Below the pieces are notes generated by a model that searched no databases, was not told the origin of the DNA, and worked only from the letters and a program-made list of their open reading frames with translations. From Pelagibacteraceae bacterium AG-464-P07 (lineage in GTDB: Bacteria > Pseudomonadota > Alphaproteobacteria > Pelagibacterales > Pelagibacteraceae), in contig QCSA01000001.1 of the NCBI GenBank assembly GCA_003211695.1, positions 35,116 to 99,115 on the forward strand: DNA of 64,000 bases, in the 5' to 3' direction. Position numbers and translations under genes: made by a program. Every line of letters starts with the position of its first letter. Within the stretch, counting starts at the first letter, position 1. Positions 63,475-64,000 of the stretch are shown in pieces.

Positions 63475-64000
63475 ATGATGAAATATATTAAGAAGCTAAT
63501 ATTTTCTGCATTGTTTGCGTTGGGCATTACATCATTCAGTGTAACAGCGAATGCGGCATGTGGAAAAATTGTTATGGCAGACATGAATTGGGCGTCTGCT
63601 AATTTAATGGCAAATGTTGACAAGGTGATACTTGAAGCAGGTTACGGCTGTGAAATCGAATTAATCGCAGGCGCAACTATGCCGACATTTACATCTATGA
63701 ATGAAAAAGGTGCTCCCGATGTTGCTGCTGAGCAATGGGCAAATGCGGTAGCAAATCCTTTAGCAAAAGCTGTAGAAGAAGGTCGTTTGCATATAGCAAA
63801 CAAAGCACCGATCACAGGTCTTGGAGAAGGCTGGTGGGTAACACCTGGTACACTTAAAAGACATCCAGAACTAAAAACTGCCTTGGATATTTTAGATCAT
63901 CCAGAATTGTTTCCTTACGCAGAAGATCCTTCAAAAGGTGCGTTTGTTGGTTGCCCCGCAGGTTGGGGTTGTCAGTTAGCGAATGCTAATCTTTACAGAG
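63475..64000 (+). CDS. Periplasmic glycine betaine-type substrate-binding protein (OpuAC/ProX family), N-terminal 175 codons; continues past the window
   Basis: Hand translation gives MMKYIKKLIFSALFALGITSFSVTANAACGKIVMADMNWASANLMANV...GEGWWVTPG. It has a signal peptide and an SD AAGGAAG. It is absent from the supplied ORF track because it has no stop in the window. Confidence 0.75.
   Translation, partial: MMKYIKKLIFSALFALGITSFSVTANAACGKIVMADMNWASANLMANVDKVILEAGYGCEIELIAGATMPTFTSMNEKGAPDVAAEQWANAVANPLAKAVEEGRLHIANKAPITGLGEGWWVTPGTLKRHPELKTALDILDHPELFPYAEDPSKGAFVGCPAGWGCQLANANLYR

Noticed and set aside
1-64000. Search for rRNA, tRNA, CRISPR arrays, transposases, integrases, toxin-antitoxin pairs or recognisable defence systems.
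   Set aside because: - No spacer is long enough for, or shows, a cloverleaf-like GC-rich structure.
- There are no regularly spaced direct repeats.
- No ORF has DDE, tyrosine or serine recombinase motifs, or nuclease/ATPase defence motifs.
- tRNAscan and Infernal scans would be needed for formal exclusion.

Overview
The window is AT-rich (about 30% GC by eye) and very gene-dense, with tiny spacers and many overlapping stop and start codons. This is the style of a streamlined marine alphaproteobacterium of the SAR11/Pelagibacterales type; that assignment is an inference from composition and gene content, not a database hit.

Positions 1-20.9 kb are mostly housekeeping genes:
- proteorhodopsin (5'-truncated), ferredoxin and FNR, GST, dksA
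- an ArnT-like/GT2 pair
- SOS-boxed umuDC, then recA, alaS, icd, psd-pssA, rlmE and panB
- a YfgM-like gene and a frameshifted bamB, then yjbQ

Positions 20.9-64 kb form one contiguous methylated-amine / one-carbon island:
- a GSIII-like ligase
- a long minus-strand operon: DAO-family flavoprotein, GS-like (gmaS candidate), mgsABC-like N-methylglutamate synthase, unknown ORF, amt, small membrane ORF
- a serine-cycle-like module: sga facing mcl-mtkA-mtkB-ppc
- a MarR-like gene
- tdm (TMAO demethylase) coupled to a second DAO-family paralog
- tmoX, a 1-kb inserted cassette, then tmoWV
- glpK, gpsA-like, Fe-ADH and GATase1
- fhs, soxBDAG, GFA, a methyltransferase, bhmT, dmgdh and the start of a betaine-binding protein

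I saw no rRNA, tRNA, CRISPR array, transposase or integrase.

Most interesting leads:
- Two paralogous orphan flavoproteins sit at the tdm and gmaS/mgs operons. They are candidates for unassigned DMA or N-methylglutamate oxidation steps.
- A methylotroph-style mtkAB-mcl-ppc-sga module lies inside the island.
- A 78-nt leader is duplicated in front of two of these operons.
- A direct-repeat-flanked MORN cassette splits tmoX from tmoWV.
- The proteorhodopsin has Gln at the proton-donor position.
- bamB is broken at a T6 homopolymer.

All coordinates, alignments and identity counts were done by hand from the sequence and need computational confirmation.
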